Assembly (NCBI RefSeq): GCF_033153115.1
Contig: NW_026889779.1
Span: 23,126,001-23,190,000 of the forward strand
Source of the DNA: Saccostrea echinata
Lineage: Eukaryota
DNA length: 64,000 bases
Reading direction: 5' to 3'
The position numbers were made by a program, and so were the translations under genes. How positions within the stretch are numbered: the first letter of the stretch is position 1; the number at the start of each line of letters is the position of its first letter. The notes beneath the pieces were generated by a model. It saw only the letters and a list, made by a program, of their open reading frames with translations, ran no database searches and had not been told where the DNA came from. This document shows, piece by piece, positions 60,232 to 64,000 of this stretch.

Positions 60232-62945
60232 AATGAAATATGAAGATAACCGTACAGTATTCAAGCTAATAAGTCCAGTAAACAATACATATTTTGAAGC
60301 AGAGCAAACACGGACCTTTAAAACATAGAGGTGGGATCAGGTGCCATGGAGGAGTGAGCATCCCTTGCCGACCGGTCACACCCGCCGTGTTTTCCTTGTC
60401 ATGATCGGGAAATAACGGGAAAATCCGTCGACAATTCAGTGTGTAAATAATGGCCTAACAATTAATATGAAAAACGTCAGTCAGCATTTGATTTAATGAT
60501 AAATTGTATTTCCTGACAAGGTCATTGTATCGACCATAGAATGTACGAAATAACGACTTTAAACGAGACTGGTGATATGCTTGTTTCATCAACTTGTTTG
60601 TCAATAACTTACATCTTTTTAGAAATTGCTCATACGTAGATCATGCTCTTGCGTATCGAATCAACTGAGAGATATATAAACCCGTATGCAGGTGATGAAG
60701 GTATATTGCTGCATAAGTAAGGGAAGTTGACGATTGAGAAGTTAAAGTCATCACATTTATCAGAAAGCTTGGTTGTTAGATTACCATTAACGTCTTTTTC
60801 TAGTAAAATATCCAAATATGTAACAGATGTGTCAGACTCTGTGGTATCTTTTATTTCAAGCGGCACAAGAATGGAAATAAGAATTGTTAATTGACAATAC
60901 GTCGTCGATATATCTAGATGTCGAGTTGAAGGCCACAACAAGTGTTTTCTTCTTTTCATGTATAAGATTTTAAACAAACTCTGCTTCATATGAATACAAA
61001 AATAGGTCTGCTTATAACGAGGCGCAATTGGTACCCATGGGAATTCCAATAGATTGTTGGAAGACCTGGTCTCCAAAAACCACATAGATATCGTCAATCA
61101 GAAACTCAAACATCTTTTTAATATCAACTTCAGAGTACTTGTGTGTACAATCAGATTGTTTTTTTAACAAAATAATGTTGCAAATGACCATTGACAAGGT
61201 AAATAAATTTACGAGTTCCATTTTTATTGAAAAAGCAGCTTTCAATGATATCAAAAAGCCTGTACTTTAATTTATCGTGGGAAATGGTTGTATATAAAGT
61301 TGAAAAGTCATAGTGTTTTTATGTTGTTGATTTTGGTAAATATTTTGTGGTTTCAATTTTTTCAAAATTTCATTGGAATTTTTAAGTATCTACATCTGAT
61401 TTACACCACTTCTCGAATATATTGTTACACAGTACTCTTGAAGTTTCTCCTTCACTACTGTTAATATCTTAGTGAGGAGTAAAGAAAGAGGCTTGGTAGA
61501 ACATTTACTGGAACCCGCTATGTATCTTTGTTCGTAAGGATCTTTATGAAGTTTCGGAATCCAATATAGATATGGTAATTCAAATTCTTGATGGTTGTTG
61601 GGAATATTAAAAATATTTAAAACTGACATATGATTTTGAAGAATTTCCTCCTTAGAAAGGGAGCTAAGGGTATAAGTTGGATTACCACTTGTAGAATTAA
61701 ATCCAACTTTCTCTGAAATACAATTTAAATAATGAGCCTTACAAACAAAGACAATGTTGTTACTTGCTTTGTCAGCAGGGCCCAGGACATACTGATCGTA
61801 ATCTAATTCTTTTTTTCACTTCTAAATTATCGAACACAGAAGTATAGTTGGTTTTCATTTTACCCCTCAATCGCTTAATTCGAGATTTTAACATACATCT
61901 GACATTTAATCCAGTCTGACAACGTGTCAAAGTTTTCGTTTTCGTGTCTGGTCCATCGCCCGGCGTAATTTTCCACAGAATCCATAATATTTATGAATTT
62001 ATGACGCCAGTTAAAAGATCGGGGTTCCCTAAATTTTGGCCCTTTTAAAATTAATGATTTAAGGTCCTCATTAACTATATTTACGTCACCAGTAATAACG
62101 TGTCCAGCAGGACTATAGTTGTAGGGTGAAGAAGAACATGAACAGGAAGGAGGATTATGATTCAAATATTCGATATCTAGGCTCTGATAAGTTTTCTTGT
62201 AATTAAAAAGTTTGAGCAATAGTCAATGCACATTTTTAGGAAATACAAGGTGTAGTCTTCAACTTGAAATATGGTGAAATACAAGACTGGACCCTTTTGT
62301 GATAAAGAATATTAGGATACTTATATTAGCCGCGTCAATTCCTTTGTTGGCATATTGGAGTCTAAGGAAAAAATGGGTTGTTTTAGCCGCAATTTCTTCT
62401 GTTAAAAGTGGCAGTTAAAAAAACAGATGATTTGCAATATCCATAACCACAGATTCGAGCCTGTATTCCGGAGTCGAGGAAACAAAAATGGACTTTCTTT
62501 GACCTTTTCAAGTAGACTATTTAAAAGTTTCAAAAGGACAGAGTAAAGTTTGGTGCTAAAGTGATGAGGACCTAACTGTTTATTTACATGAGGTAATTAT
62601 GAATCAAAAGAGACTTCGTGTATTAAAGGTTTATTGTAAGACCGATGCCCATGACTACGCTGACGTCTCTGTGTATGGATAAAAAGTCCCGTCACATTTA
62701 CATTGTTACACTGTGGACTGGAAAGATTCCCAACACTATCGACATTGCCATTGCATCCATAGGGAAAACCCGTGCCTAGTTTTCTAATCCAATAGTCTTC
62801 TCGTTGTCTACGAAAAGGTGTTCTCAGTGATGGAGTGTTGTATCATGGCAAATCGTTTCTAAAATTTTAACTTTCAATGACAAAATAGAATGATCAGGTA
62901 AATTAAAATGCTTGTAAAGAAGCTGCTGGCCCGCATTGTTAATAT
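60232..62945 (-). mobile_element. 5'-truncated, decayed Penelope-like retroelement with GIY-YIG endonuclease upstream of the RT (Naiad-type)
   Basis: Order on the minus strand: LYKHFNLPDHS…ILE…RRQREDYWIRKLGTGFPYGCN (C-terminal half of GIY-YIG, ~62750-62940); CSCSSSPY…GHVITGD, KGPKFREP; PADKASNN; LPYLYWIPKLHK..Y..RYIAGS; DFSTLYTTI; FQQSIGIPMGTNC; RYIDDVLSINN; DDFNFSIVNFPYLCSNIPSSPAYG; 3' module at 60310-60390. Multiple frameshifts. Confidence 0.85.
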
Positions 62946-63755
62946 TAAAAGACGAGTTCCAACGAGTCCAAATCCTGACTACTCACCTTGTGTGATGACT
63001 TTGGGCCGGGGGATCTTCTAACCCAAGATGAACCAAAGATTAGCAGGAAGGTATGTATATAAATCAAACTGGATATTGATTAAACAAACAAAACTTGTTG
63101 TTATATTTTCTTCACATACTTAAACTGAAGAATAGAAGGATACAAATGAATAAGAATGGGGTATCTGAGTATCTTGAAAATTCCCCTTATATATATCCCC
63201 CACGCCCTTAATTTAAGATAAATTGTTTAAACCACTTGATGATCCTCATTTTGTTTTACTCAAATGAATCGTGAATTTGTATTAATTTTAAAAGATCAGT
63301 GATCTTAAAGTAAAATTATTTTTAATTGAAGAGATTTAAAGTTGAAGTTGGGGAAAAAAATAACTGTAGAATTTCATGACAAAATGCTCCTAAAATTAGA
63401 AAAGATTTTGGTGAGAAAGCATGCATAACAAGCTGGCCACCAGAGAAGCATCGTTACACTCTAAGGGAAGTAAAAATAATATTAGTAAGGATATACAAGC
63501 TTCTGAAAAACTAACCTGACATTTTTGTCATATCACATTTACGAACACAAACGTATCAAATTGTTTCCATAGACATACAGGTTTCCAATAGCTATATGAC
63601 TCCCGTATATTTGTACACATTTTTACAGAAAAAATTAGGTGATCCCCTCCATATTGTATATCAAGTTACATATAATGTGAAAAGAATGCATGTAAAACGT
63701 TGGCTATAGGTTAATGTAACTAACATTTATATTCAAGAGGAAAACGATTTTAAGA
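62945..63755 (+). pseudogene. Partial pseudogenic paralogue of the tandem pseudokinase gene (homologues of its exons 8-10)
   Basis: 62945-63050 IKRRVPTSPNPDYSPCVMTLG… with a 1-nt deletion relative to 49982-50112. ~63331-63484 is homologous to 50514-50666, with frameshifts. ~63573-63754 is homologous to 50765-50947, with an in-frame TAG (tggctatag) and the GT donor lost. Intron positions are conserved. Confidence 0.85.
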
Positions 63756-64000
63756 TACTTTTAATCTAGGTAGGCTACAATTCATCATGTCCTTATACGT
63801 TACAAAAATGGGTATAACGTTTAGTTAGAAATTTGTCTGGTTTTTTAAAACTAGATCGTGAATAAACTTTTATGTTTGACCTCTAAGGACAGTTTTAATA
63901 TATTTTATTTTGAGAAATCGTGGATTTGCCATTCTTGCAATTCAAACTGTTTTCATTTGTAGGCTTCTTTCGCACTGATTTGAATCTCTATTTTCTTATT

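Noticed and set aside
60305-60392. HDV-like or hammerhead ribozyme call for the Penelope 3' module
   Set aside because: No CUGAnGA/GAAA core and no room for HDV P1.1/P4/J4-2. Kept only as an unclassified structured-RNA candidate.

Overview
This is AT-rich eukaryotic, intron-containing DNA with three assembly gaps. It is most likely from a bivalve mollusc (oyster-like), inferred from the Helentron-type elements with ~166-bp satellite cores and the Penelope/SINE families present. I reconstructed five spliced genes by hand, with GT-AG boundaries and consistent intron phases: (1) TMCO4 (- strand, ~719 aa), head-to-head with (2) OTUD3 (+, ~404 aa); (3) a centrin-like four-EF-hand protein (-, ~222 aa); (4) a two-TM NIT-domain guanylyl cyclase (-, ~673 aa) whose catalytic Asn/Arg are replaced as in sGC-alpha subunits; (5) a ~1,260-aa protein with an N-terminal helical region, two degenerate tyrosine-kinase-like domains and a Tyr-motif-rich acidic tail (+), preceded by an AP-1/CRE/kB/IRF-like motif cluster. 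A frameshifted partial paralogue of gene 5 lies at the right edge. It is cut by a Penelope-like retroelement whose GIY-YIG domain lies N-terminal to the RT (Naiad-type). Many MITEs, HINEs, SINEs, foldback hairpins and a nested stack of TTAA-targeting transposons are present. The most unusual pattern is that six unrelated intronic tandem repeats, in three different genes, are each built from the 3' end of the preceding exon plus its GT splice donor; I saw no equivalent acceptor-spanning repeat. All exon models are manual and unverified by RNA data.
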